Of a stretch of 64,000 nucleotides of DNA, positions 27,417-40,806 are shown one piece after another (the first letter of the stretch is position 1; the number at the start of each line of letters is the position of its first letter). Source of the stretch: Eledone cirrhosa (lineage: Eukaryota); contig OZ024746.1 of NCBI GenBank assembly GCA_964016885.1, positions 62,310,001 to 62,374,000 on the forward strand, read 5' to 3'. The translations under genes and the position numbers were made by a program. A model generated the notes under the pieces. That model searched no databases and was not told the DNA's origin. It saw only the letters and a list, made by a program, of their open reading frames with translations.

Positions 27417-27470
27417 TGTATATACATATATCTATGGTTTATACATACACACACACACACACATACATAT
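26750..27470. repeat. Degenerate (TG/CA/TA)n low-complexity tract
   Basis: TGTGCATGGATGCATG units followed by (TA)n. Confidence 0.9.
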
Positions 27471-29966
27471 AGTATTTATCATATAATTTAGATGGCCCTG
27501 GTTTCAGTTAACTCACTGACAAAGATTACAGTTAAAAAGAGATATGGTAGACATTCAGTGTAAATGCTGCCAGAAACTATAGGAGAGTGGATGTAACATT
27601 GTAGAAAGGGTTTTTCAAGGATATTCCTCATCTTCCCTTTTTACTCTTCTTTTTTTTTGTTTTTGTTTTCTTTATCATTTAACACAGTCCTCTTAATGAA
27701 CACTGTTGAATTTAGCAAATTTTGCCCTTGCCCAAATTAATACATTTGCAAGCCTAACACAATCTGTTAGACAAGCAGAATAAGGCCACGCTTACAACTG
27801 AATAACTTAATTCATCCCCCTAATAATTGTTTGTTTGTTGTTTTTTTTTTTGTCCCCACCCTCCCCTGATATTCTGAGCTGACATGAGGGCAATGCTCCA
27901 AAGGGGTTGAATCAAAATCAGAATATTTTTTTTTTTTTTTTTAATAAACAGAAATCACAACCAAGAGGTGTCAGTAGACACTGAGATTGGCAGGGTGGGG
28001 CAAGAAGAAAAAAAAAACACATTAAAAAAACAAACAAACAAAAAAAAAACTGAACAACAATTGAATTGAAATCTAAATGAAAAGGGAATGTAACTATACT
28101 TCCAGTTTTGTTTCCGCTAATAAATCTCCGCAGACTGAAAGAATGGCACCAGAACTTACTATAGAGACTATCAGATATCACTAAAGTCTCAAATATTGTT
28201 TTGTCTGTTTTTTCTTTTTATATTTTTATATATATATATTTTTTTAGAAAAATGTTGAATTGGAAGAAAAAGGAAAAAAAAAAAAACACGGTAAGAGGTG
28301 AAACATTGAGTTATTGTAATAATGTAGAAGGACAAATGTAATGAGGAATTTTATATTTCATTGAAAAAGAGGGGAGTAGGGGAGAAGCAACCTTTATCCC
28401 AGAGGAAAAAAAATGTCCAGATTAAATTGAAATTTGTAGGAAGGGAAAAATGGGGAAAAATGATTTTCAATAAAAAGTGTAGTGTTGCTATGGTTTGGAA
28501 TTTGTAAATGAGAAAATGATGAATTTTAAATATCATTCAAGAGTTTAAATAGACAACACAAAGAGTCTACTTTCTAACGAGAAACATGAAGGAATATAAG
28601 GAGACATGTTTAGAAGCTATCTGTGCCATGTGAACATTCTAGAATTTTGGTTAAGTTATAATAATGATGTTAATGGTAATTATCAGAAATAATAAATTGA
28701 TTGAAACAACACAAAGCACTTAGAAATGTCTCTATAAATGGCTGTCAAATCAAATTTTTGCAGAAGACAACCATTTGTATAGATATATGAATATATATAT
28801 GTGTATGTATGTATATATATATGCATGATTAAAAGCACACATCAAAAATTTCTTCTCAATTTATATATATACACACGCACATAAATATACATTTATATTT
28901 ATATTAAGGTTAAACTGAAAGTGTGGATGCAAACACAAGAGATGTATATAAAAGAGAATCAATAGTGACAATCCATTGGATTCACACTTTTGATTCCTTT
29001 TCTGGTTGACATTTATGCTTAAATTCACACATTTTGTTTTTCTTAATAAATCTAACATTATTTTCTTTCTGAAGCAAAACATTACAAAACTAAATAAATA
29101 ATATAAATAATAATAAAATAAAAATATAAAAAATAAGCTAAAGAATTGAGAAATTGGTAGGAACAGCATCTAACTTTCTGAGAAAGAATTTCTTCACTTA
29201 TATCAATGCTAAGAATTTTTTTTCCCTTAGTACCAAACTTCCGGGGGAAAAACACAATTCTAGAAAGAATAAAATGGAATTGTTCTATCAATCAGCCTTA
29301 TTTGATTTGCTTTATAACATGAGAACCTAAATTACATTGCAAATACAGCAAAAAAAAGGGTTGGGGAAAGCTATAAGTTGCAATATATATAGAAGATCGA
29401 TTTCATGAATATATTTTCCATTAAGAAGAAAATTCTCACAAGACACTTGTCAAAAATCTGAAGACAATGTCCAGAAATATTCATTTCTTACAAGGCTGCA
29501 AAGCATGTGAAATGGAATTATGTAATGCTGATGTGTTTTATCAAAAAGCAAGCATTAACCATGTCATTGTCAGCATTTGTTTTATGTCAACATTTCCATG
29601 CTTGCATGGGTTGGATGAGACCTTTTAAAGCAGAATTCTAAGGTTCAATGCTCTTCCTAATGCCAACTCTTATTCCAATGATTTTCACTTATTGTATCAC
29701 ATTAAAGGCACCAATTGTTTAAGCAGTGCCGATATGTAGACAAATATTACTCTAAGTCCACTTAACTGAAAAGAATATGAACCAGTAATATCTGTTGGTT
29801 AACCTTGTGTCAGACAGTTATGCTGCCTTGTTTAACACTACCTGAAACTGGGATAAGCTTTACCTTGTTGAGTCTCTAAGCCCAAGAAAGATATTAACTT
29901 TATGTATGTACATATGTATATATATATATAGTGTAGGTAGTACAGTGAAATATGTCTTCGTTTTTC

Positions 29967-30002
<36 letters not shown>

Positions 30003-30799
30003 ACACACATTATCCTTCAAAAGTAACAATTAATTGATTGAAAAACATTAAACAATAATCTATTCCTTACATAAGAAGGTTCAAAATTGATGACAAATGT
30101 TCTGATTAGGTATAATATAAATTATCATAAATTAACATAACATTAAATTATGTCATGTTCAACATGGTAAGATATTTAACTCAATGTTTCCTAATACCCA
30201 TTTGAAAAGGTTGATTTCTTTCATAATATTAATATTTAAAAAAAAAAAACCACAAAAAAAAAAAAAAAACCGAAATTACTCTTTTTTGAGCTTTTGATTA
30301 TTTTGTTATTAGTGTGTATATATATATATTTTCTTGAATTAATTTTTTTTTTGTAATTTTTAGTAATTAAATTCTACAAGACCTATTTTTAAAATTATTT
30401 TTTTCTTTCTGATATGCTGCTTTTGTGATCTATCCATGATAAACTAAATTTAACTACTATCAGACTCAGTCGGTCGGTCGGTCGGTTGGTTGGTTTCCGT
30501 TACAAGTTCAATAATCTACGGGACTAGAAAACAGCAGCATAAAAAAGATGTACTGGAGGTGGTGGTGATGGAGTGGGGGAGATGGGAAGGGACAGGGGGA
30601 GAGGAAGAAAGAAAAAGAATGGAAGTAAGAAAGAAAGACAGTGGATGTGTGTTCTGGGATGATCAATTAATAGTGCTAGGAGAAAAACATTACAATGATG
30701 ATGATCACAATAACAATGATAATAATAGTAGTAGTAGTAGTAGTAGTAATAGTAGTAATAGTAATAGTAATGATGATGATTTTACACTTTGTCTGGGGA

Positions 30800-30980
30800 G
30801 AGGGGAACGGGATAAAAGTAGTCAAATTAACTGACCCCAGTACATGTCTGGTACTAAATTTATCGACCGTGGAGGGATGATAGGTAAAAGTCAACTCTGG
30901 CAGGGTTGAACTCAGAATGTAAAGGGAAGTAACTAAGTACCACTAAGGAAATTAGTCTGGCACTTTAGAGTTTCTACCAA
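30800..30980 (-). mobile_element. Major-family SINE (old copy)
   Basis: CCCCAGTACATGTCTGGTAC...ATCGACC...GAACTCAGAATG homology. Confidence 0.65.
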
Positions 30981-31307
30981 TAATATTAATAATAATAATA
31001 ATAATAATAATGGTAATAGTAATCCTACTCAGTTTGAACAATGAAATTGAGCATTAATACTAAATGTATTCAACCATTCAACTTATATAATATGCAAAAT
31101 ATTTTTTTTTTTAAATTGCATTGTGTCCCATGCAAACTTGTACAGCTTCGCTGCTTTATATTTGCTTTATATATACACACACATACACACATGTACACAC
31201 TTACTCAGTCACACATTATATATATATATTATATATATATAATACATTGTTCTAGATATGGAGTAGAAAAAAATAAGACATTCCAAAAAAAAAATATATA
31301 TACACAC

Positions 31308-31368
<61 letters not shown>

Positions 31369-32218
31369 TTAAAAAATAAAAAGACTATAAGAGGAAAGAT
31401 GTAAGAAAAAGGAAGAGAGCGAAAGAAAAGTAAGCAGGGTGTGTTGATCAGAAATGGATAGCTGGCCATACAGCATTACAATTCCCTCCATGTTATATTT
31501 TCTCCGATATCTTCACAATTGAAATAAATCAGAGATAGTAAGTAATCCAGCTTTTATCAGTAAAAATGTTTAGGTTTTTTTTTCCCAATTTTGTTTAGTG
31601 TTTGTTGGTTTCTTTTTTTCCTTTTTTGTTTAATTTTTAATTTTTTTTTTCAAATCTTTATTTATTTGTCTGCATTTGTTTCCTTTTTCTCCATGTAAAA
31701 GAAGGAATCACAATATTTGCTGCTGCTGTTGTTGTTGTTGTTGTTGTGGTGGTGGTGGTGGTGGCAGGGTATTTTTTGTATGCTATGTTAGTGAGGATCT
31801 TTTTTTTTCTTTTAAATTTACATATATATTTCTAGCTACTTCATTGAGATAGGACCATAAAATTACTTCCAGACTTCCAATGAAGAAATAGGCCCAAATA
31901 CAAGAAAATTATAATTCACACCCCAGAATGTCTTTTCTTTTTGAAATTATTATTTCATCTTTAAATTTATAGAGCCATTATTACAACTTTCTCTCTGCCC
32001 CCACCCTCTCTCTCACTCTCTTTTATCTACTCTACTTCATTAATTCACTACCTCCCACTTCTCTCACTCTTACTACCTGCCTCACTCTCATTCTTTCTTG
32101 CCCACTCTTTCCCTCTCACTTTCTCTTTACCCATCCACACCCACCCCACCCCCTTCACGCATTCAACTTACATTTTTCTCTCTATTTCCTGAAATGATGT
32201 GAGATTGTGAGCCAATGG

Positions 32219-33449
32219 TCACGATACACTCTGGTGATTGATGGCAGTAGGCTCGGTCACTGAGACATTCTCCTGGTTAGCAGATAATCCCGATGTTAAG
32301 CTAGTCTCCTGGTTAGCAGATAATCCAGATGTTAAGGTAGTCTCCTGGTTAACGGAGAGACCAGATGCCGAGATATTATCCTGGTTAACGGAGAGTCCAG
32401 ATGCCGAGATATTCTCCTGGTTAATGGAAAGTTCAGATGCCGAGACACACCCCTGATTAGCAGAGGGTTCAGATGTTGATACATAAACCTGGCTGATGGC
32501 AGAGGGCTCAGATACTGAGACACTCTGCTGGTTAACAGACAATTCAGACACTGAATCGCACTGCTGGTTGGCAGAAGACTGAGACACAGAAATAGTTTGT
32601 TGGTTGGTGTTGGTGGTGGTAGAAGACTCAGACACCAAGACATTCCGTCGGTTTGTGGAAGAGGGCTGGGACACAGAAACATTATGTTGATTAGTAGAGG
32701 GCTCAAACACAGAGCTGCAAATCTCCGTCCATGTTCCTGAGCCATTCAATAATGTTGTATCTGGTGAAGCAATCATGGCAAATGTTGGTGCTTCAGTAGC
32801 TGGGGTTGGTGTGAGTGTAGTGTTTGTAGCAGCTGTCGTTGCAACTACTGCAACTGCAGCTGTTGTAGATGTTTTCGTTATCTGAGTTGTCTTGATCCCT
32901 GCCAGGTTCAAAAGTGCATCTGCACCCTCGGCAATTTTCTTCTTCTCATCTTCGTCAAGAATGGGCAACCGTTTCTTAGTGCGGTGTTGTCTATTGATGA
33001 ATTTGTCCCTGGCTTCATTAGCATTTTTATCGGACTGTGGAAAGAAAGAAAATTCCTTGGTGACAGTCTTTGTTGTTGCAGAGTCGATTGGGCTTGCCGT
33101 TGTCATGTTAACAACAGACGTAATAACTGATGAGTTTGCCGACACTGGTTCCTGTGATCCATCAGCCTGGTGTGGCTGATTCCCATTGTCCTCCTCACTG
33201 AAGCTCTCTTCTTCATCAAAATCACTATGATAGCTGTCAAAGTCACTGTAGGCTTCTTCATCGTCTTCACCTTCGTCTGGTTCAGGCCCAAAGTCATACT
33301 CATCGTCAATAGAAGAGCTCGATACATCATAACTGTCATCATCTGTTGCTTGAGTTGATGTGGCACTGTAGTTGTGGTCCTCACTCGGGCTGCTGGTACA
33401 CACAATTGGGCCAGCTTGCTTTTTGCGAACAGGACCATATGGAGCACCC
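32219..33449 (-). CDS. FOXN3: FoxN2/3 (FOXN3/CHES1-like) forkhead transcription factor, last coding exon
   Basis: Part of the 427-aa ORF. It contains PSEDHNYS (EDHNYS at 33382-33365), SSSSIDDEYDF and KIAEGADALLNLAGIK, which match, from memory, the FOXN3 C-terminal motifs EDHNYS, SSSSADDHYEF and EAAGSLLHLAGIR in the same order. Acceptor tctttttccag|G at 33450/33449 (phase 2); stop TGA at 32221-32219. Confidence 0.9.
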
Positions 33450-33704
33450 CTGGAAAAAGATTTCAAACCATTATTTAAAAAGTCATCATTATTATGAAGC
33501 AATGCTTTTATAAAACTTTCTTATATATATATAAATAACAGGATAAGAATATCCTAAACTATTTCCTTGAGAGTTAGGATGTCACAGATAAACAATTATT
33601 GGAAAGTAAAACAAGTGGTTATTGGTTCATTTCCTGTTACCAACAGTGTATTCTGTCTATGACCAAGCTTACCTTGTTCTAATTAGGTACCAGAGTGGTA
33701 TATT

Positions 33705-33896
33705 TTTTTCTAATAGACATAAAGCCAGAAATTCGGGGAGAGTATTTAGTTGATTGTATCAACCCCAGTACTTGGCTGCTACCTTATTATCGACCCTAGA
33801 AAGAAGAAAGACATTTTGAACTCAGAACATAAAGCACCATAACTAAATATTGCAAAGCCCTTTGTCTGATGCTCTACTGATTCTGCCAATCCACCA
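33705..33896 (-). mobile_element. Major-family SINE (old copy)
   Basis: ATCGACCC...GAACTCAGAAC...TGCCAATCCACC homology. Confidence 0.65.
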
Positions 33897-34561
33897 AAAG
33901 CAATAGTAGCCCCAATACAGTGACCAATTCAATGCACTTCATGGGGAAAAAACTGTACTGAGCTATTTAAACAACTCCCTGCATGCCATAGGGTTGTTGC
34001 CTGATCAGAACTGACCAGGGTTCAACACAGTGACAACTAGTCCAGAATTTAGAGATGGATCTCCAAGCTGAGATAAATCTTTCACTCCCTACAGAAACCA
34101 GGATCAATCACCAACCCAATGGACTCCCTGCATGACACGGGGGCTGCTTGATCAGAGATGACTAGTGGCTACACAATGATGGCAACATGTAATTACAATG
34201 ATCCAATATCTAGTTGATCCAAGCTGATATCTATCTATTATTACTTGCTCTAGGTTACCAGAGAAACCATGAGCAATCACCAGCCCAATGGAAAGGATTA
34301 AACAAATATATGTTCTTGCTTATTTCTTTTCTTGTATTTCAAAATTCTTCCTTATATTGCAAGATTAATAATTCTGTGGCTACATAGCAGAACCTTTCAA
34401 CTAATACACAATGGGCTTCTTTTCAAAGGATATATTGACTTCTCTAAACAATCCAGTCAATTTTTACAGCTGTCTCCTTGTCTATATATATAATAGTCTT
34501 CAGGTTAAGAAGATAACACCACATCAAATATATTGTCTTATTGATTACTGGAGAGGAGCTG

Positions 34562-34952
34562 TTTAACCCTTTTATCACCATACATCTAATGAAAGACATT
34601 GCCGATGATTTTCCAATAATGTTTAAAATAATCAATAATTTAGAGGGATTTAGTAATATAACTAACTTTTTAAGTATTAAGTTGGTGTTTGGAACATAAC
34701 TTAACAAAAGTTCTTACATAGAATTATGGTGGAAGTTTTAGATAATTATAAACATTTTAGATAAAGTTTTGTATAAACAGGGGTGGTTTCGGGCAGTTTA
34801 GTATCAAAAGGGTTACGACTGTATCATATGTTTTCTCTGTGGTAGTACATACTTAACCAATGGAGATAGTAAAACATATTCAGATTAGAGAAAGAGGAGG
34901 CGGGGGAATGGTAGGTCAGGGGGTGATGATAAGAAGTTAGCAGAATTTTCAA
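34562..34952 (-). repeat. MITE family B plus about 140 bp of flank; inverted partner of 40382-40757
   Basis: Reverse complement matches 40382-40757, including non-MITE sequence TTCTCTGTGGTAGTA..ACTTAACCAATGGAGATAGTAAAACATATTCAGAT. Confidence 0.85.
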
Positions 34953-35088
34953 TTAAAAACCCTGAGTGATTCAGAGCAGAGGAGTATTGCCTGAAAGAAA
35001 GCTACAAAGACGCATTAAAAAAATAAAAAAAGGAAAATGATCATTTCTAAAGAAGTAGTAACCACGACAACAAATACATGAAACTTAC

Positions 35089-35164
35089 CGATGTTTTCTT
35101 TTTAGTTTCAAGCGAGTATTATTTTCACCTGAGTTCTCCACATCTCCAGATCGTCTGGAATTTT
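35089..35164 (-). CDS. FOXN3: FoxN2/3 internal exon (76 nt): (Q)NSRRSGDVENSGENNTRLKLKRKH(R)
   Basis: Acceptor ttattcttgtag and donor CG|gtaagt. Phase 1 in and phase 2 out, open, and joins the last exon in frame (CG+G = Arg, then GAPYGP). Basic KLKRKHR is NLS-like. Confidence 0.8.
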
Positions 35165-36107
35165 CTACAAGAATAACAAGACATTTGCTTCAGAAAGTAA
35201 CTAAAAATTTATTAATAAACAAAACTAAAGGAAAACTAAAAGAAAAGAAAAAATTCATAACCAAAGAGATAAAGTAACAAACTTCTGGATTATAGATCAT
35301 GAATTACAATATTGTTCCAAATTTTGGCAGTGTGTCACAGAGAATATATCAAGTCTCTACATCCTTGTAATGATTTAGCAAAAAATATCTAAAAATGGGA
35401 TAATTCAAACATTTATAGTTTCTTTTCAAATGTTTATAGTTTCTTTGCACTAAAATAAAGAAAATATCAAGTTTTCCTGTGATGCAATCATAGTGCTGTT
35501 TGGTACTTTTTAAGAATATCATGCTAATGCAATTCTTTGCAGTATATGAGGTTAAGAGTTAAACAGAAATTCAGTATCAAACTGAATACAAAATTAAGAA
35601 TAATAACCTTACTATCCTTTCAACAAGAAAGACATATATGTCAGAGGTATATCAAATAAATAGTTTTAACATGACAAACAGACATGGCTTAAGGAGATAT
35701 AATTTTATTCTGATTCTTTTTAACTTATTACTTGCTACTAATGTTCAATCATCTCACAGTTGATGTTAGTAAATGGATCTTTCGTTGGTTGTAATGATAA
35801 ATATTCCAGTTGGTTGATCAATTGGCCTATCTACTCAGTGGAATATAAAGCAAGATGTACCTGAACATTCTACAAGTATGTATACCTGGTACTTTATTTT
35901 ATCGACCCTGTAAAAATGAAAGGCAAAGTTGACCTCACTGAGATTTGAACTCAGAATGTAGAGAGCCCAGAAGGATTTGTTATAAGAATTATGAAACTAT
36001 TTGGTTCGATCTGCATCTCAGGTTGTCAAACATGACAGTGGTCTAGCTATGGGGTCGAATTTTCCATTAAGACTAAATAAAAATGAAAATATATTTCTAT
36101 GTACATA

Positions 36108-36447
36108 TTGTGAGTTCAATTCTCAGACCGAGTGATGTGTTGTTTCCTTGAGCAAGACACTTTATTTCACATTGCTCCAGTTTACTCAGCTGTAGAAATG
36201 AGATGATAGGACTGGGGTCCCTATCATTCCACTGCAAAGTGGTCGTGGAGGTGCCACGGCAAAAAAGCACCCAGCCCATACTGTAAAGTGGATGTGTAGG
36301 CGCCACGAAAAAAAGCACCCAGCACTCACTGTAAATGAGGTTAGTGTTAGGAAGGGCATCCAGCTGTAGAAATCAAGCCAGAATCAGTTCCCGTCCCACC
36401 CTTGCAAGCAGGGAAAAGCGGACGTAAAATGATGATGATGATGATGA
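36108..36447 (+). mobile_element. Second SINE family copy, nearly identical to 16468-16805
   Basis: Alignment by eye shows only a few substitutions and small indels. Confidence 0.85.
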
Positions 36448-37435
36448 TATTTATTCATGAGTTATGCTCTATTGGTTCTGTAGTAATAAATTCACAAGGT
36501 TGCGATAACAGTTTGTAAAAATCTATAACAAAAGCTATAAAAGACAAGATATGCTTACAACATCTGTAGTCATTAGACCAGAAAGAGGTTGAGGGAGGGG
36601 GAGAAAGGCTCCACCAGATCAACTGATCTGCATGGCTGTTTCATCATTGGCGAGAGTTTTATGTTATAGATTTACCAACTATTCAGATACAAAGAGTAAA
36701 TAGTGAAATCAATATTCCTTGACCAATATATTATCTGTGGTTGAATTGGAGTACCAAATGATTTTATTGATGAAAAATGAATTAATAATGTTCAGAATTT
36801 TGGTCTTTGAATTTAAAAAAAGATAATCCAATACAGAGTTCTTTTAACTTGACACAAAGTTTATTTTTATAGGAAGGGAGTGCATGCTTAGATAAAAGCA
36901 ATCTCATTACACTCCTAATAGTAATTTTATTGACACATGTGAAGATGAATGATAAATACATTTGAAGGCAATGTAAATTCAAATAATGTAAAGGATCTAA
37001 TGCATTGCTTTACCTAACACTGTTCATTTTACCACCTCTAGCACCACCACTTGGTCTTTGAAAAGCCTTAAGTATAAGGTCATTCTGTTGCAAGTATTCA
37101 AAGTAGAGAGACCATCACCACCACCACCACTGCCTCAGTTATCTCCTCACCAAAGTTTTTCCTGCAACTGTTCAGAGTGGCTCTCAACTGTATCAATCTC
37201 ACCAGTCTAATAGGGTTTGGAATCACTATAGGCACTGACCATTCTTCCCTAAATAACTTATATAAGGAACTGTTTCTATCCCAACTTCCCCGCCTTGCAC
37301 TCTCACTTTCTTAATATATCAACAACAACTTTTTATGTCCTCTTCTATACTGGCATGAGTTGGACAGGAATTTTTGAGGCAGTATTTTATAGCCAGATGT
37401 CCTTCCTAATGTTAATCTACTAGTTGATTACTCAC

Positions 37436-37492
37436 GTTTATTGAGTCCTTTCATAGACATCAAGGTATATGCCACATCATGGATGTCAGAAT
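37436..37492 (-). CDS. FOXN3: FoxN2/3 internal exon (57 nt): (D)SDIHDVAYTLMSMKGLNK(Q)
   Basis: Acceptor ttattttttatag and donor C|gtgagt; phase 1-1. The peptide resembles the FOXN2/3 DPDIDAASAMMLL motif. Confidence 0.85.
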
Positions 37493-37701
37493 CTATAAAA
37501 AATAATAAAAGCAAAACAATAACAATTAGTATTAATAACTACAAGATTATCAATAAAAATAGTAATTTCTAACATAAACAAAATGCCTTAAATATAGGGG
37601 AAGAATATACTATAATAGATTTGAACACCCTCAATATTTAACTGGTATTGGGTTATAGTATAATAGATTATATTACCCTCAGTATTTAACTGGTACTTTA
37701 T

Positions 37702-37931
37702 TTAACCCTTTAGCAATCACATTACTCTATATTTACTATTGTATTTTCTCAGAAAAATCTTTCCCTCACATAATTATTTCACATAATATCGAATCTATGA
37801 GATTTTGATATTTATTTATTTTGAGAACAATACCTTAAAGTCAGTATGAAGGGCCAGTTATGGCCGGTTTGAACAGAATGAGGTGAGAGAATTCTGGCTG
37901 GATATGGTTGGTTTAAATGCTAAAGGGTTAA
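37702..37931 (-). mobile_element. piggyBac-type MITE family A
   Basis: TTAACCCTTTAGCA...TGCTAAAGGGTTAA ends; apparently inserted in a SINE. Confidence 0.8.
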
Positions 37932-39299
37932 ACATTAAACAACCAACAGCAAGATGAAGGCAAAGTGGGATTTGAACTCAGAATACAAAAATCCAACAAC
38001 TACAACAAAGTATTTTGTCCAATACTCCAATAATTCTAATGATCTCTTATAGTCAGAGGGACAGAAATTTACTGAGGATGAGGGGGAATTCAAGGAGGAG
38101 GAGGAGGATGGAGCTGTGGATGAGGAAGGGGAGGATGTGGATGTATTTTATCATGGCATTAGCGCAAGAGAGGTTGTCAGATGTTCGTTCAAACTTAAGG
38201 GTCCTCTCAAACCCTATATTGTTTCTGTTTGATCACTAACATTGTAGCCTCTGATCTACCATCTAATTATGTAATTATGTGTTGTAAACCAATAACCCCT
38301 TAGATATCGACCCACTTGTGACTGTTCCTAGTTCCAATATGCAAAACCTCTCAATTTTAAAGTGTTCATCATCATTTAACATCAATTTTTCATGCTGGTA
38401 AGGGTTGGACAGGTCATCATACTGGTGACAACAAAAAGCATCCAGTCCACACTGTGCTAATTCCCTCCAAATTCTTGATTATTCCCAAAAGAGATTAAAA
38501 TATTGTCAGTATATTTCAGTAGAAGTATGGTCATAAAAGGTTTACAAGGAATTACTGGAAAGGATTTTGCCTTCAGTCACTACAAGAACTTGAAGGTCTT
38601 CAGTAAAAACCAATGACTCAATGAATTATATGATGATGACTATGACTACTACTACTACCACCACTACTGTTTGAGAGGTAGTGGTAGAAAAGCTTTGTAC
38701 AGTGTAAAAGCCCAATGTATCAGAAAGAGAAATAGCTGCATTCATGTGTATCATATCTTTCCCCCTTATCTAGTATAACCCAGACATGATGCAGGAGTGA
38801 ATCTATAGAAGACAGATAGACAATATCAATAAACAAATAAATAGTTGTTTTCATTTGGTGTATCAGTATATTTAAGTCATCTTTCTGTCACTATCTTCCC
38901 CTACATCTGCAAAATGTGTTATATACATAGATATGCATCAGTGATTAACTAAAGAATGTTTATGGCGATAAATGTGTACGCAGAAAATATTTAGAAGATG
39001 ATTATTTGCTTAAAAAATAGATTATCTTAATAGTAAAGGATTGAGCTTTATTTCTACCCCGAGGTGGAAAATTGGTCATGTTCAAGCATAGACAAAATGT
39101 TTTGCAGTATTTGTCCACGCGGACATTTTACAGCTGATAAAATATAGTACTAGTCCAGGGCAATAGATTAGCAGTATTGTCATGGCATTGAGTGAGATGT
39201 CTTGCAGCAGCATACGTTCTGAATGTGGCCTACTTGAATACATTTAATAGAGTCCACTGTCTTGTAAGTATTCTGGTCCCCACCTCGTATAAAGAATAA

Positions 39300-39556
39300 C
39301 TTCATCCCTTCCTCTCAGAGGCAATGAAATAAGTCATAGACACTTGTCAACCCTTCTTGTCATTGGTCTCAGAGGCAATGAAATAAGTATTGGACATTGG
39401 TCATCCCTTCCTCTCACAGGTCTCAGAGATCATGAAATAAATCATAGGCACTGGTCATCCCTTCCTCTCACTAGTCTCAGAGCCGATGAAATAAGTCAGG
39501 TTACTGGTCATCCCTTCCTCTCACCATGAAATAAGTCATGGACAGTGGTCATTCCT
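39300..39556. repeat. Tandem repeat, about 48-bp unit x about 5
   Basis: CACTGGTCATCCCTTCCTCTCAC..GTCTCAGAG..ATGAAATAAGTCAT units. Confidence 0.85.
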
Positions 39557-39728
39557 CTTTGACTAAACAGCAAAAAAAAATTACTAAATAAATAAAAGAT
39601 AGTTGTTATTTGTTTTTTCATGTTTTTCTTTCTAATAATTCATAACTGCTGTTGGACCCCATGCTAGCCTCGATATTATGTAAGATAAAGCCTTTACTGT
39701 GAAAATACAACAGCAAATATAGAATAAT

Positions 39729-39887
39729 TGTTTCTACTTTTTGGCACAAGGCCAGCAATTACCGACCCCCGTAAGGATGAAAGGCAAAGTTAACCTTGGC
39801 GAGATTTGAACTCAGATCGTAAAGGGACGTAACTATGCTGGAAAGAATGTCCGACCCTCTACCGATACTGCCAACACAACGCACCAT
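39729..39887 (-). mobile_element. Major-family SINE inserted into a MITE family A end
   Basis: TSD GCAAATATAGAATAAT at 39713-39728 and 39888-39903; MITE end TGCTAAAGGGTTAA at about 39909-39922. Confidence 0.8.
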
Positions 39888-40381
39888 GCAAATATAGAAT
39901 AATGTAAATGCTAAAGGGTTAAGGTTGGTGAGATATGAGGGAAATTTGGCTGATATTTTTATCATGTGAAGAGACTGCATTGAGAGATGCTTAATTTATA
40001 AGTTATAAGCTAAACTGTAAATATGTTCAGTGATGCATCAACAAGTGTACTACTTAAGAGATTCACTACTATCATCTCATATTCCCTAAATTCATTCAAT
40101 TTATTACACATTATTCACACAAAATCCCCCCCACCTCACAATTCTTCACACACTGCTATTCAACTCAGTATGTTCATTCATATAATTTCTTTCTTTCAAT
40201 TTAGTCATACAGAGTCAGGAACACACACACACTCACTCACCCAATTCACCTGAAACCAGTCCTAGTTTTATAATGTGAAACTATTTATATTTATCTAAAA
40301 ACCTTCCATCATAATTTTACGCCAGAACCTTTGTTAAGCTATGTTCCAAACACCACATAACAACAAGTTAGTTACATATAG

Positions 40382-40757
40382 TTGAAAACCCTGCTAACTT
40401 CTTATCACCCCTGACCTATCATTGACCCCCTCTCTCTCTCTCTCATCTGAATATGTTTTACTATCTCCATTGGTTAAGTATATACTACCACAGAGAAAAC
40501 ATTTGATGAAGTTGTATGACACACTCGTAACCCTTTTGATATTAAACTGCCCGAAACCACCCTGTTTATCTAAAATGTTTATAATTATCTAAAACTTCCA
40601 CCATGATTCTATGTAAGAACTTTTGTTAAGTTATGTTCCAAACACCAACTTACTACTTAAAAAGTTAGTTATATTACTAAATCCCTCTAAATTATTGATT
40701 ATTTTCAAAATGATTTGAAACTCATAGGCTTTCGAAATATGGCAATGAAAGGGTTAA
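40382..40757 (+). repeat. Flank plus MITE family B; inverted partner of 34562-34952
   Basis: See partner feature; ends GAAAGGGTTAA. Confidence 0.85.
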
Positions 40758-40806
40758 TGACATAGGTAGTGTCTTTCTTTAGAAATACGAGAATGAAAAG
40801 GTTAAA

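Noticed and set aside
26698-27491. Cys/Val/His/Tyr-rich ORFs (also 9407-9900 and 21394-22007)
   Set aside because: They are translations of (TG/CA/TA)n low-complexity tracts.
29454-29490. CTGAAGA...GAAA...TC hammerhead-like string
   Set aside because: No stem II, only a 4-bp AU stem I, and single copy; consistent with chance.
33450-33502. N-terminus (MLHNNDDFLNNGLKSFS) of the 427-aa ORF as a real start
   Set aside because: It begins at a non-ATG codon and lies upstream of a clear splice acceptor at 33450, so it is intronic read-through.
36559-36670. Extra FoxN2/3 exon ending at the GTAAG donor near 36558
   Set aside because: Stops occur in all three minus-strand frames over the stretch and there is no convincing acceptor.
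37014-37085. Possible exon NDLILKAFQRPSGGARGGKMNSV
   Set aside because: Its phase does not fit the flanking exons, and the sequence is a copy of the dispersed repeat seen at 10885-11190.
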